Below the pieces are notes generated by a model. The model did no database searches and was not told the origin of the DNA. It saw only the letters and a list, made by a program, of their open reading frames with translations. A stretch of 64,000 nucleotides of DNA, from the NCBI GenBank assembly GCA_043228905.1, contig JBHGNT010000001.1:9610001-9674000 (forward strand). Reading direction: 5' to 3'. The position numbers and the translations under genes are program-made. Positions within the stretch are counted from its first letter, which is position 1; every line of letters begins with the position of its first letter. Below are positions 23,401-35,669 of the stretch, piece by piece. Source of the DNA: Azolla caroliniana. Taxonomy: Eukaryota > Plantae > Polypodiophyta.

Positions 23401-24771
23401 ACACTTGGTAATTCCTTAGGTTCGTACCTCCTCTCTCTCGCACTCTTTCCTTCCCCCTTCTACTCATTTATTCACTACATTTGTACCCGCTCCCTCCTTC
23501 CCTCCCTCCCTCCCTCCCTCTCTCTCTCTCTCTCTTCCAACTTGTGCATAGGTTTCTCCACGTTCTCTGCTCACCCTGCAAACCGTAAACCCACTCCCTG
23601 CTTGTCGTGTCCTCTTTGCAACAACAATACACTCAGGTGTTGTACCGTGTCCTCACTGCATGGACATCAGATCTTCAACTGTGTCCTCGTCGTGTCCTCT
23701 CTCTGAGGTATTCTCTCTCTCAACCGTTGTACTGTGTCCTCGTTACATCAAGCTTTCCTCTACTAGTCACGTTCTCTCTCTCAAGCGTTTTCTGAAGTGT
23801 GTGGTATGCACACCTTATCCTCTTCACATCGGTCTCTGCTCTGCTGGTCGTGTTACCTCTACCTCCAAGTGCTCCCTCTACCCGGTGTGTTTCAAATGTG
23901 TCCCCTCTTCAAAGACTTCAACAATGACATTTGGTACTTGTTTTACTATATTTTTGTATGTTTAATTCTATCTGTTTTTGTCATTTTCTATCTGTTTCTT
24001 TACATCTGCAACCATAACGATGTTTGGGACATGTTTATCTATATGTTTGATTCTATCTATTTTTGTCATTTTCTATCTGTTTTTTTACATCTGCAACCAT
24101 AACGATGTTTGGGACATGTTTATCTGTATGTTTGATTCTATCTGTTATTATCGTTTAGGTTTTTGTTGTTGTTGTTCTCCCTTGACCATTTGAGAGCTTT
24201 GTACATGCATATGCTTGAATTTGAGAGTCGGTCAACATGTGTATATGTTAAGTATCGGGAGTTAACATTATGTTTCATATCCGATATCTCCTTGAATTGT
24301 ATATTATTTAATATTGTTTACTATTGTTGTGCATGATTTACTATTATTTACTATTGTTGTGCATGTGAGGCGAAGAAGAGAGATAGGATTCACATGACAA
24401 GGAAGCCCACAAAGAAGAAAATGGTGACCGAAAATGTCATCACACCATGCAAGGAAAGAAAAAGGACCCCCATCAAAGAAAGTAAGATGACCCCCACCAG
24501 AGGGAGGTCTAAGTTTTTAGCAACTCAGGGCCAAAAGGTTCACACAAACATTGGGGTTATTTCCTTTGTGCACGACCTGACATTTATGAAGACCTAGACA
24601 TGTGGATGATGAAAACCTGGGGCTCATCACAACCCGAGACACGGAGAGGTTTCCACCTCACTCGATTGAAGAAGGATTATATCACTGAACTAAAGTCACA
24701 ATATGAACAAGTTTATGATACGAAACATATCCTAAACAATGGGGTAGGATTTGTATTTGCACGTGCATTTG
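23022..24771 (+). mobile_element. Left end of a second, diverged Sola2-like element with a 5' remnant of the accessory gene, truncated by a Copia LTR
   Basis: Terminus GGGTGAAAGCACACTACAGTGTACCAA. Region 24394-24771 encodes TPIKESKMTPTR and TRRGFHLTRLKKDY...YEQVYDT...VGFVFARAF, homologous to ORF 15-965. Confidence 0.8.
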
Positions 24772-26908
24772 TGTTGAGCGGCAAGCTCAACTAGATCCAG
24801 ATCGTCTGAATAAGCCTGAGCCAGATCGGCATCCCGAAGGATGAGCCGGATCGGCGAGCGGGTGAGTTGGGGAGTCAGTTAGCCGGATCAAGCAGTAACC
24901 AGAAGCCTAGTAGCAGCCTAGACTACTAGGTAGTTAATGTCTCGTAGTTAGAGTCAGACACTCGTGTGAGCATTGAAGTACATTGTACCTCTGTCAGTCC
25001 TCTTAGGACTTGTATAAATAGTGATGTTGAGCACATTGTATGTACAGAGAATTTTTACAGAGTTGTTGATAATAGATTTAAGTTGTTCTGCTCTTTCTCT
25101 GTCTCTCCTGCGTACCTTTTGTGTGTTCATCTCTCTCTCTCTCTCTCTGTTGCTATCCGGCTAAGCCAATTGTGTAACGCTTATGCAATTTCTATTTTTC
25201 ATGTTATCAGAGCGCGAGGGTTGAGAACCTTTGCAGCCGACATCAGCATCTGAAGACAAACCCTAAGACCCGGTTAGAACAGAAAGAGAAGTGATGGACA
25301 ATGGAAAGACTAGCTCGCTCCTGGTGGAGAAGCTCGACAGATCCAACTACGCATCTTGGTCATACAAGATGCACCAGTACCTGCTTGGCCATGGTTACTG
25401 GAGCTATGTCGACGGAGCTAACGACACAACACCTGATGTGGGACACAAGGACTTCCCAATGTGGGAACAAGTGGCAAGCAGAGTGATGTATTGCTTTGCG
25501 TCTAGTGTCAGAGACCAACTGCTGAGCCATGTCCGAGATGCCAAGACGCGAAAAGAAGCTTGAGGAAACCTGAAGAAGGTTTTCGCGGCGAGCACTACGT
25601 ATCGGAAGTTGCAACTCCGACATGAGTTGAGCAATGTCCGACAGAAGGACATGTCGGTAGCCGATTACACAGTCGGAATCAAAGAGATCTATGACTCACT
25701 TGCCTCTATGAACGTCACTGTAGAGGAAGATGAGATGGTGCAGATTTGTCTTGGGGGCCTAGCATCTAAGTTCAAAGCGTTCCGAACGGTGGTATGTACA
25801 AGGAGGAATACGCCGTCATTTTTCGACTTACAGTCGATGCTCCTTGTAGAGGAGAACCACGCCGGTGCGTCAACAAGTGCACCCACCGACAGCCGAATGT
25901 TGTACATGGAGGCGGATCAGCCCGGTGGGCGTGGTGGACGAGGCGGGTCGGCAAGAACAGGACTGAAGGCATAGAGAACATGCTGACAATAGTTCCGGAC
26001 CCTCCACAAGCAAGCGGAGTCAAGGCGGCGTCAGAGGCTGGCAAGCAAAGGCCGACACGGAATGCTGGTACTCTGGTAAAAAGGGCCACAGAGAAAGCGA
26101 GTGCTGGAAGAAGCGCATTGATTTGGACAAATCCGGATCCGGCATGGCCGGTAGAGAGATCCGACAATACTCACACTATGTAGAAGGATTGGGAGGATCC
26201 AAAACCGGAAAAGCCAGTAAAGGGCCAGGCTTGGTGATGAAACACGAGGCTAACTCGATGAAGAAGACCATTTCCAAATCGGAGTTGAAACCGAAACCGA
26301 TAGATCGAACCCGACCTGGAAGGGGGCCGACTCGGTTGAAACCGATCAACCGAGTTCGATTTGGCCGAATACGAATCTGATTGGAAGCCAATCCAACCGA
26401 AAGACAATCGGACAAGACCGATCAGGAAAGAAGTCGAGATTGATGAAGACGAGGAAAAGGCCAAGCATGCACACTACCATAGACAACAAGGGCCAAGTGG
26501 ATTTGAAGGGTGTTACCGAGGATGAGATCTCAACAAAGAAGGAGGGCTCTAACATGAAGATTGTCAACTCTAATGTGAGATTATACAACGAAGATGGACG
26601 AAGTGCAGAGTGTATTGACCAAGGAGACGGTCAGAACAAAGGTGGCCATGCACGAGACAAGAAAGGTTAAGCTAAAGAAGAGCACAAGGAGTCATGACAA
26701 CCGGTCATGGCCATGCAAAGAGTGAACGAAGAATATGGTGGATCGAATGGAGACAATGGTTCGGGTGGAAAGAATGGATGTGTTCAAAATGGAGAGACAA
26801 AGTCGACATAGCAAGAGAAATAGAGGGTACTACAAGTAAAGGAGAATTACGAGCACCGGCAATTTCGGCACATACCGGAGGATATGCGGGTTCGGAGGGG
26901 GCAAGTGT
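24772..26908 (+). mobile_element. Copia LTR (24772-25201), PBS and disrupted gag; pol absent (deletion derivative)
   Basis: TGTTG...TTCA LTR and tRNA-iMet-type PBS TGTTATCAGAGC at 25202. Gag reads KLDRSNYASW..LLGHGYW with a knuckle remnant CWYSGKKGHRESEC. A PPT-like GGAGGGGGCAAG is followed by TGT at 26906. Confidence 0.85.
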
Positions 26909-27507
26909 TGTAGTGTATTTTGTACACTACGTGAAAAAATGTATAAAGTAACCGATTTAATAAATATGAAGAAAACGACAAAAATATCAAAATATATATT
27001 ACATGTATAGGGCAAGATTCGAACCTTGCACCTCCATATTAATAATGTGAAGCCTTACGATTACACTAACATATCATTAGTGTTAAAAAGTAGATGTCCC
27101 ACATAGAAAGGTAAGTTCACACTAGGATAAACTTTAGGAAAACGCATGATAAAAGAAAAAGCTACACATGCACATCTAGCGTGCATGAACACTATAGTCG
27201 ATAAAAAACACATGACTTTAGAAAAAGCATGTTAGAGAAAGCATATTGTCTATTGATAGAGAAAACATGGAGGGCATAATTAGAGAAAAAAACATGGATT
27301 GCCAAGACTCTCTCATCACTATATAAGGATGGGGAGCACAATGTAATAAGTGTAAAATCTTTTGGAAATTGGATATATCTCTAAAAACACCAATTAATAA
27401 ATTATATTCGTGGGATTCACGAGGTTTCTATATTCTTCTCTTTCAATCCAAATTCATATTCTTATCTTAATATTGATTAATCTAATAAAATACATTGTAC
27501 TCGCGGG

Positions 27508-30500
27508 TGAAAAGAGAGATGATGATAGAAAAGAGAGAGAAGGAAGATATAGAAACCCAAATCTACAAAGATATATTAATAAGGAGTGATGATCATAGAA
27601 ACAAGAGAAAGAAGATACATAAACTCAAGCCTACAAGGATGAATTGATCACTAGAAAAACGCACTACATGAATAGGCAAGAAAAACACCACAAGAAAAAA
27701 GCTCCTCCTCACCACCTCACTCTTCTTGCTTTATATGAAGTTCTCCTCTAGTAGATAAGTTTCGCTTGCTTTCTTTTCCACGCTTTTTTTTACAGCTTTT
27801 CCATCTCCTATTCTTAGCTATGATACAACGATCTTCTAATCGTCATATCTCCCTCATCCATGCTCCAAATTTAGAGTTTTAAAAAGCTACGGATAACTCT
27901 CGTCATAAGCTTTCTAACCCATATTTACACGTGATATTTGGGTTCCAAACGAATGAGTTATGGGCGTTCGTTGTAGACTGTATTTTGGTGCCCGCTTTTT
28001 TCTTCTTTTACTTTTCTCCACGTGACTTGCTTTTTGTTTGACTTATCCTCAAGACCTTAGCTCGTGATCTTGCCCTCCGGATGTGAACGCACCATACCTT
28101 ATATTCTTGTAGACTTCAATACCTTGAATTCTAAAAACACTTTCACATTTAGCCCTCCCCCTTGCTTTTTTGTGAACCATTTATGGTGAACCCTAAGCTA
28201 CTAATAAAACTAAAGGTTCTCCTTCGCCTTATTCATGGCTATAGACAAAGAAGGAGAAAATAAATAGAAAAGAAACAAACTATGTGAGTAAAACCCCCGC
28301 TAGTCGATAGGAAAAACCTCACACTTCTAAACACACACACATACACTGACAATTGCCATCACCATCTTTCTCCTTGTCAACACAAAGAAAGAGGTTACAA
28401 CAATTAGTATATCTTCATCAACTTTCCAAACAGAAGTAGGTCTATGTGATACATAACTCTTGATAGAAGTAAGCATGTTAACATATGAATAAATCTTTCG
28501 AGCGAGCGAACCTTTTGTACAAATACCTTCAAAGCTTCGAGACTTGTCAGAATTGTCATATTTTGAATTATGTCAATCTTTGCTTCATCAACATGACTTT
28601 CTTCTTGGCACACCACATTCTCCACATTACCTTGTTTTTTATGTATGACCATTTCATCTAGAATCTCATCTCGAAAAGGAAGCAAAAATAAATCTCGTTT
28701 GGTTGAATCATTCAAGGATTGGAAGTTGACGTCTTTCTCCTTTGGAACAACCACAATAAGTGAGACAAACTTCAAATTCTCTAACTTGATGTGGTGCTTG
28801 ATGCCTTCTACTCTTATCTGTGAATACTCATTTATGAATAACTTTGCAAACTTAAAAAAGAGAGAAATAAACCTTAGATCCTCTTCTCCTTGGACATCAT
28901 TTGAAATCATCTTCTTTTTCCCCTTTAGGGTGATAATACTTTTCTCTTCAATGACTTCTTCTTCCTCCTTAGACACCATGTGGAATGATTTGTTTTCCCT
29001 ATCCCACGAATATTCATCAATTGTTATGCTTTCCTCTTCTTGCTTGCCAATGTCGATAGATGATTCCTTCTCCTTTATACATTTGATTAGTTGTGGTGGA
29101 TCCTTTGATGGTGATAAGTTAATGATACTCCAATCATGCATTACAAGTAAATCTCTTGGCTCTTGGTCAAATTGTTGTTGAAGAGTTGATGCCCACATAA
29201 CTTTGTTGCTACTCAATGCAAATCCAAAACACAAATCTTGCACAAACACCTTCATACACTGCAACTTGGCACTTACCAATGCTTCCTTACACGCATTGAT
29301 CTCCAAAAGCCAATCTCCAGCTATCACTTCTAGGTTACCTTCTTCATCTTGCAACTTCGTTGTGGGTACTTCACCATCAACAACTTCTTTTGTCATATCT
29401 TCCATTTCATCTTGCACATATTCATCATCAACCACCATATCACTTGTTGTATCAATAATGTCCTCAACATGATGTACATTGGCATCACCATCCATAACAT
29501 CGCTTCTCATAACTATCTCCTTAGATTCGTCTTTCACATCATCATTCTTTATATCATGGTTGTCCTCATGAACTAGATGGGGGAACTCCACATTCATCAC
29601 CTCTTCTTCATTGTCTCTGGAATCACCTTCATAGACATCATTATAACTCCAAAAATTAGAATAATGATATGAGGGAACCTGTTGAATCGGACATTGCAAG
29701 TAGGCTGGTTGTTGGCTCATGACCGATCCATAATTATTATAGCTTGAATTTATGGTATATGACGCCGATACTCCATATGCTTCACCGAATAACAACTTCT
29801 TCAATTGTTGATCATAACTTTGACATACTCGAATCAAATCATGGAAAGACCTTGGGTACTTCATATGCACTTCATATTGAAAATATGGATCTAGCCCTGC
29901 TTTGAATCTTTCCATCTTGAAGTATACATCTTCAACGCCTCCAACAAGTCCAATCCAAGTGGACCATATATCCAAAAACGTCTTCTCATACTCGAGGTAG
30001 CACATTGGTGAAACCATACGCAATTGGAAAAGTTCTCTTCGTAGATTTGTCGCATCGCGAATTCCATATCTTGCCATTAGTTTGATGATGAATCGGTAGA
30101 TACAACCATCAATTAGTGGACAACCGTTCCTCCCGTTATACGGAAAGGATCGACCCTCCCTGGAGCGCCAAAAATGAAAAGAGAGATGATGATAGAAAAG
30201 AGAGAGAAGGAAGATATAGAAACCCAAATCTACAAAGATATATTAATAAGGAGTGATGATCATAGAAACAAGAGAAAGAAGATACATAAACTCAAGCCTA
30301 CAAGGATGAATTGATCACTAGAAAAACGCACTACATGAATAGGCAAGAAAAACACCACAAGAAAAAAGCTCCTCCTCACCACCTCACTCTTCTTGCTTTA
30401 TATGAAGTTCTCCTCTAGTAGATAAGTTTCGCTTGCTTTCTTTTCCACGCTTTTTTTTACAGCTTTTCCATCTCCTATTCTTAGCTATGATACAACGATC

Positions 30501-30814
30501 TTCTAATCGTCATATCTCCCTCATCCATGCTCCAAATTTAGAGTTTTAAAAAGCTACGGATAACTCTCGTCATAAGCTTTCTAACCCATATTTACACGTG
30601 ATATTTGGGTTCCAAACGAATGAGTTATGGGCGTTCGTTGTAGACTGTATTTTGGTGCCCGCTTTTTTCTTCTTTTACTTTTCTCCACGTGACTTGCTTT
30701 TTGTTTGACTTATCCTCAAGACCTTAGCTCGTGATCTTGCCCTCCGGATGTGAACGCACCATACCTTATATTCTTGTAGACTTCAATACCTTGAATTCTA
30801 AAAACACTTTCACA
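27508..30814 (-). mobile_element. Complete 3.3-kb non-autonomous Ty3/Gypsy-type LTR element
   Basis: 640-bp LTRs (27508-28147, 30175-30814) that look identical by eye, TG..CA ends and a 5-bp TSD GCGGG (27503-27507, 30815-30819). PBS TGGCGCTCCAGGGAGGG (tRNA-Arg-like) and PPT AAGGGGGAGGG. Confidence 0.95.
28404..30227 (-). CDS. Single open ORF: gag-like domain, acidic linker, collapsed RT remnants without YxDD
   Basis: 607-aa ORF. Gag-like MERFKAGLDPYFQYEV..PRSF is followed by RT pieces IKHHIKL, SLIVVVPK, VNFQSLNDSTKRDLFLLPFRDEILD and VDEAKIDII. Confidence 0.7.
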   Translation of the reverse strand: MGFYIFLLSLFYHHLSFHFWRSREGRSFPYNGRNGCPLIDGCIYRFIIKLMARYGIRDATNLRRELFQLRMVSPMCYLEYEKTFLDIWSTWIGLVGGVEDVYFKMERFKAGLDPYFQYEVHMKYPRSFHDLIRVCQSYDQQLKKLLFGEAYGVSASYTINSSYNNYGSVMSQQPAYLQCPIQQVPSYHYSNFWSYNDVYEGDSRDNEEEVMNVEFPHLVHEDNHDIKNDDVKDESKEIVMRSDVMDGDANVHHVEDIIDTTSDMVVDDEYVQDEMEDMTKEVVDGEVPTTKLQDEEGNLEVIAGDWLLEINACKEALVSAKLQCMKVFVQDLCFGFALSSNKVMWASTLQQQFDQEPRDLLVMHDWSIINLSPSKDPPQLIKCIKEKESSIDIGKQEEESITIDEYSWDRENKSFHMVSKEEEEVIEEKSIITLKGKKKMISNDVQGEEDLRFISLFFKFAKLFINEYSQIRVEGIKHHIKLENLKFVSLIVVVPKEKDVNFQSLNDSTKRDLFLLPFRDEILDEMVIHKKQGNVENVVCQEESHVDEAKIDIIQNMTILTSLEALKVFVQKVRSLERFIHMLTCLLLSRVMYHIDLLLFGKLMKIY

Positions 30815-31236
30815 GCGGGATTCACGAGGTTTTTATATCTCTTTCTTAAAATCTATTCATAACTAGGTTCATCTCAAATTCTTCCTCCTCCTATTCCAAA
30901 ACCGCGGCGGTTCCCACCCGACTCATGCAACAATCCAAAGCCGAAAGGCACGACAATGTTTTTTATTGGGGAGGAATCTTCAATTTAACAGATGGGACCT
31001 TTTGTCGTGATTCACTGAAAAAAACAAGTAATAACACAATGATATGTCAATAATCTTTAAAATATACAACATAAACCTGAAAACTAAGGTAAACTTTCGC
31101 AAAAGTAGGCGAAAATCACCCATTTTTAAATGTAATGTTACACAAAAAACATTGAGAAAAATGCAAAAAAATAGCAAGAAAGTGACCAATTCTAGTATAT
31201 TGATCATGAAAGTCACCCCTGTCAACGAGAAGTCGA

Positions 31237-32945
31237 TGTAGTGCATCGAGGTCCCGTTGAAAGAAACACTCTTTCAACGGAAACTTGGTACACTCCATCG
31301 AGTTCCCGTGGAAAGCAAAACCCTTTCGACGGTGTCGCGTTGTTACGCGCGTTGTCGTGAAGAAAACCATCCCCAGGCGCAAACTGTGTATAGTGTGTGT
31401 GAACCGGCCCTTACACGTGGGCACGTCCCTTGTCGTATAGTAGATAGGTAGGCACAAAGGTTAAATCCTAGGTAGCAATATTCTGTAAGGGAAATCGAGG
31501 AGTATCTCTGTCCGAAAGGACAGAGAATTAATGTGATGTAAACGGGTGAAACGGCCTCCCTCCTTGAGCTATAAAAGAGAGGGAGACGGGAGAGAGAAGG
31601 GATCGCGCACTAGAAGGAACGAAGTGCTGTCGGACTGGGACCGAGCTTTTCTTCTCTGTCATTCTCCATAGCTTTCTTTTGCGAGGTTCTCAGGAGGCTG
31701 ATTCTGCTCCGTGGAACGCCCGTGTGCTTCCGGCAGAATCTCCATCTTGCTCTCCTGTGTGCGTGGGTGATCAGGCGTCGACACCCACTTCGCCGACCTG
31801 GTCGGCTATAACCGTTCGAGTCGTCTGCATACATACAAATACATGCCTATATTTACACACACTCTAGTGTTCTCAACTCGCGTCTCCTGTGTTGTTGTGA
31901 CGCGTCCCCGTGCGCTTCTTTGTCTATACGTGAGTGAGCGTCTCTCTCTCTCTCTCTCTCTCTCTTGTTTTTCCTCACCTATTCCTCGGTCCAAGACCCC
32001 AGTGGTCCCGCCTTGTTCTCCACGCACGCCCGTAACAACGCGACATATTTGGTGAACCCGACATTAACAGGCGGCAGAGGAGTAGAAGATGAGGGGGTCG
32101 GACCTTGCAGAAGCCATGGCTTCGGCTATAGACCGTATAGTAAGTGTGCGCGAAGGCACCGACTCCCTTGATAGGCCTATCGAGGCGGTTGTCGGTACGA
32201 TCGGCCGGTTTAGTGGGAAGGATGCCACGAGCTACTTGGCGTCCTACCGGGCTCAGATGGTAATGAGGGACATTCCGGAAGAGAGGCGTCTAGCCGGATT
32301 CCCTCGAGTGGCGATGCCGGGTATCCATACGGAGGTGCTCGAGGTACGGGCCGAGAGCCGGACCTGGGAGGAGTTCGAAGGTCGGCTCCTCGAAAGATAC
32401 GGGCTTGAAGATGTGGTTCGACTTTCGAAGCGGGACTTCATGGAGTGGGTGGAGACCCCCGACAAAGGAAGGAACGCGTCAGTGCTCCTTCGGGAGTTTG
32501 AGGAACGCTTCGCGTGCCTCTCGGTGCTTGACCGGACCGTTCTAGACACAACCCGTGTCCTATTGTTTGTTAAGTCGGTTGACGAGCGGGATTGGGAGTA
32601 GGTAGGCCTCCTATTGGAGACTGATGACGGGCTGACGGCCGACTGGGCCGTGGTGAAAAGGGTCTGTGGCCGTTTCGATAAACGGCGGGAATGGGTTGAC
32701 AAAGGATCGACAGGGGCGGGCTCTGTCACAGCAAAGAAGCTCGAGCCAACACCACCAACGCGAAGGGAAGAGACCCGAGATTGGCTGAAAACAGGTGCAT
32801 GTGGTGTGACACGGTTGGGCACATTCGGAAGGATTGCGGGGACTTCGCCGAGGCGATGAGAAGAAACGTGGTGTACCTGTGGAACGGTCGGGTGCACGCC
32901 AGCAGATGCAATGAAGATGTTGGGGCAGTGCCTGCAACAAAGTCA
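31237..32945 (+). mobile_element. Gypsy-type 5' LTR (31237-32045), tRNA-Trp-type PBS and disrupted gag, truncated at a LINE tail
   Basis: TGTAGTG...CGCGACA ends and TATA ctataaaag. PBS TGGTGAACCCGAC at 32050. Gag reads GRFSGKDATSYL with the knuckle CMWCDTVGHIRKDC. Confidence 0.85.
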
Positions 32946-32950
32946 CGGGG

Positions 32951-35625
32951 GGAGAGAGAGAGAGAGAGAGAGAATGAAGAAAGAAAGAAAGAAGAAAGAA
33001 AGAAAGAAAGATATATTAAAGTCTTCTTAAGGCCAAAATTGGCCCATGAGACAGTTGGTTTACAACAACATGGTTATTTATCCAATCATCAGAACTAAAA
33101 TAAAATAAAGTAAAAAATTAATAGAACTTAAACTAAAAGAGTTCTAGTAGTGTACAAAACTTGGTATGCTCGATAAAAGGAAGCGACTTTGCACTAAGCC
33201 TAATTTCATTTCCACCCAAGCCTCTCGAAAAGAAGTGGGAGGTCAAAGGGTTTTGGTGTGGGTGTGACCCATGGTCTCAGTGTATAGAGTGCCCCAACCA
33301 TGGGTTGTAGGTGGTGTAGCTCTACACCACGTTGAGGTGCTTTGAAACCCAGCATCCAAGGGTGTTTGGTTCTTCTTTCGTTTTCTGCTCCATCCAGGAA
33401 AATGCCGAGTGGTGGAGGTGTATCGACATTCGTTGTCTCCCCCTGTTCTTGAAAAACTTCATTTCTTACATGTTGGTGAACAGTAGCAACATTACTGTCG
33501 GCATTTTGTATGTTATTCTCTCTGTGTTGTTTTAGCTCTAGGATGTAACTGCCTAATTTCTTTATATCTAGAGTACCTAATAGTTTGGGGAGGGTAGGAG
33601 TGGAACCAAGTATGTCTTGGTATTTTGCCCTTATCTCAACGTAGGTGGGACACTTACATGTAAAGTGGTACTCATCCTCTATCTCTATTTGGCATAACCT
33701 ACATATCATTTCCTCCCTAGGGACTTCATTAGTATGACCATTCTGAATCTCAAGTTAGTGAGATGATATTCTAAGTTGTCCAATGGCAACCCTTAGTGCA
33801 TGTGGTAAGAATATATCTAGATATTTTGGCTGCGTAATAAAACCTAACTTAGAGAAGTGCATGAAGTGTTTCTTATAGTACAACATTTTAGATGGGAGTT
33901 GCTCTAGTGAGGTGATCTATTTATACCGAGTGTAAATTTGCCATATTTCTTGGTGTATTACTTTATTGTGGTTCTCATGATAGATTAAAGTGTTATCAAT
34001 CGCGTGGTTGTAGGTAAGGGGAGGGAGGTTATTAATGTCTAGACCATTCGCAAGAAGCCAACTTACCATTATGCCATACCATGAGCTAGTATAACTGGAC
34101 ACATACAGTCATCGAGAGGCCTTAAAGACTTGATGGGATATTCTATCATGTGGTTGACTATGTATCCTGTGGATAAAGACTACAAGTTGAAAAAGTCCCT
34201 GTACTAGCATCGGGGGTAAAGTGAACTCAGCTCTAATAATGTCATGTGGTACTGTCGATTTGTTTCGGAGTTGGCGTGATAACATTATCACCAATGGTCC
34301 CTCTAATTGCGTCCACATGAAGGATGGTAGTCCTAGAGCCCAAACCACTGATGCATACATGCGGGAGGGAGTCACTAATGAGTCAAAGAGCCACCCTTTA
34401 GTCCGTGGCTCTTGAAAGTATGCTTGATGGCATTGTCTCTCAAGGAGTGAGAGGGATGCATGTCCTCTCGTAAGTCTATCCCCCACGGCTTGTGTCATCA
34501 AAAATTTCCCTGAGATAGACATATGATCCAACCACCTCCACTAGGCTATGGGAGATAGTTAGGTGACACTTAGCTCTACCTTGGCCCGATGTGTGGAAGA
34601 TAAAGACTTTAGTTTTCCCTACATTCATTGCCAATTCTCGTTGTGTGCAAAAGTCATCTAACGCATTAAGGTGCCTTTGTAGGTCGTGTTCGGATTCAGA
34701 GAGCAAAATTAGGTCGTCTGCATAGAGCAAGATACGAACTTGCGTATTGCCAAGGACTACATCATTGCCTCCCTTACGAGCAATAAAATATGTAATCTCA
34801 TCAATGTAGATCCCAAAAAGAGAGTCAGAGATAGGGGGAACCTTGTTTTACACCAATAGTACTAGTGAAACAATTGGATAAGCCACCTGGGCATCGAACT
34901 CACATGGACACTTGTTCATATAGTGCATAGATGGCCCAAACCATGTCATCTCGTATCCTCAAGATTTTAAGCCTATCAAACAAACGTTCTGTAGGGACCG
35001 TGTCAAAGGCTTTGCGGAAGTCCACAAAACAGCAATATAATTTCTTCTTGCGAGCCTTAGTTTGGTCAATTAAGCATCTAAGTGTGAAGATATGACCAAT
35101 AGTGGAGAAGGCTCGTAATCCTGTGTGGTCCATGGAATTCCTATGTTGTAATTTATTTATGACCTTCGCGACCCTAGAGGTTGTGAAAAGTGTCCCCACA
35201 GTAGGTCAGCGTGTAGAAGGCATTGGAATGGGTGGTTGGTTTGGGATTTGGTAAAGTCTATTTGTATATGTGTGCCAAGATTCAAGATCTTTGATGGGTG
35301 TTTCTGGTCTTGGTTCCCATAATCTCTTCCTTGCAGTGCCGCAATCGCTACTCATGAGCATATGGTAGAGTTCTCAATATTGGGAGGCCTCCCATTCTAC
35401 GCCGTGTCATCTTGCGCATTTCTTTGCGAGCTTGTACTGAAGTAATACTACCACTTAGTTGCCATATTGTAAGTTGTCTATGTAAGTTCCTACAATCCTC
35501 ATCCTACCATCTATTTTGTGGCATAGATCCTAATCTACCTTGATTGGAGTGTTTCGTATATGGGAAACTGTTAACTATTGCGTAGTGAAGGATGTGTATG
35601 AGTTTCGTTCTAAGGCTCTCTCAAG

Positions 35626-35627
<2 letters not shown>
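32951..35627 (-). mobile_element. RTE-like LINE (B), 5'-truncated and degenerate, with a (TTTC)n/(TC)n tail
   Basis: CFVDFRKAFD, LYADD, LSLLERQC and C-terminal CRLC..EDEYHF.CKCPTY. The tail is at 32951-33010. About 275 bp is deleted at 35113 relative to the copy at 40859-41133. Confidence 0.9.

Positions 35628-35669
<42 letters not shown>

Larger units (their letters stand above)
26909..30955 (+). mobile_element. LTR-like sequence (26909-27507 plus 30815-30955) split by the nested Gypsy insertion
   Basis: TGTAGTG...CACGACA ends, a TATA motif (ctatataagg, ~27318) and the repeat gggattcacgaggttt on both sides of the insertion. I found no matching TSD. Confidence 0.5.

Noticed and set aside
30956-31219. 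Right end of the second Sola2-like element (GGGGTGACTTTCA on the minus strand)
   Set aside because: Only about 6 nt match the 23022 terminus, and the flank TGTC does not match the left flank TACT.
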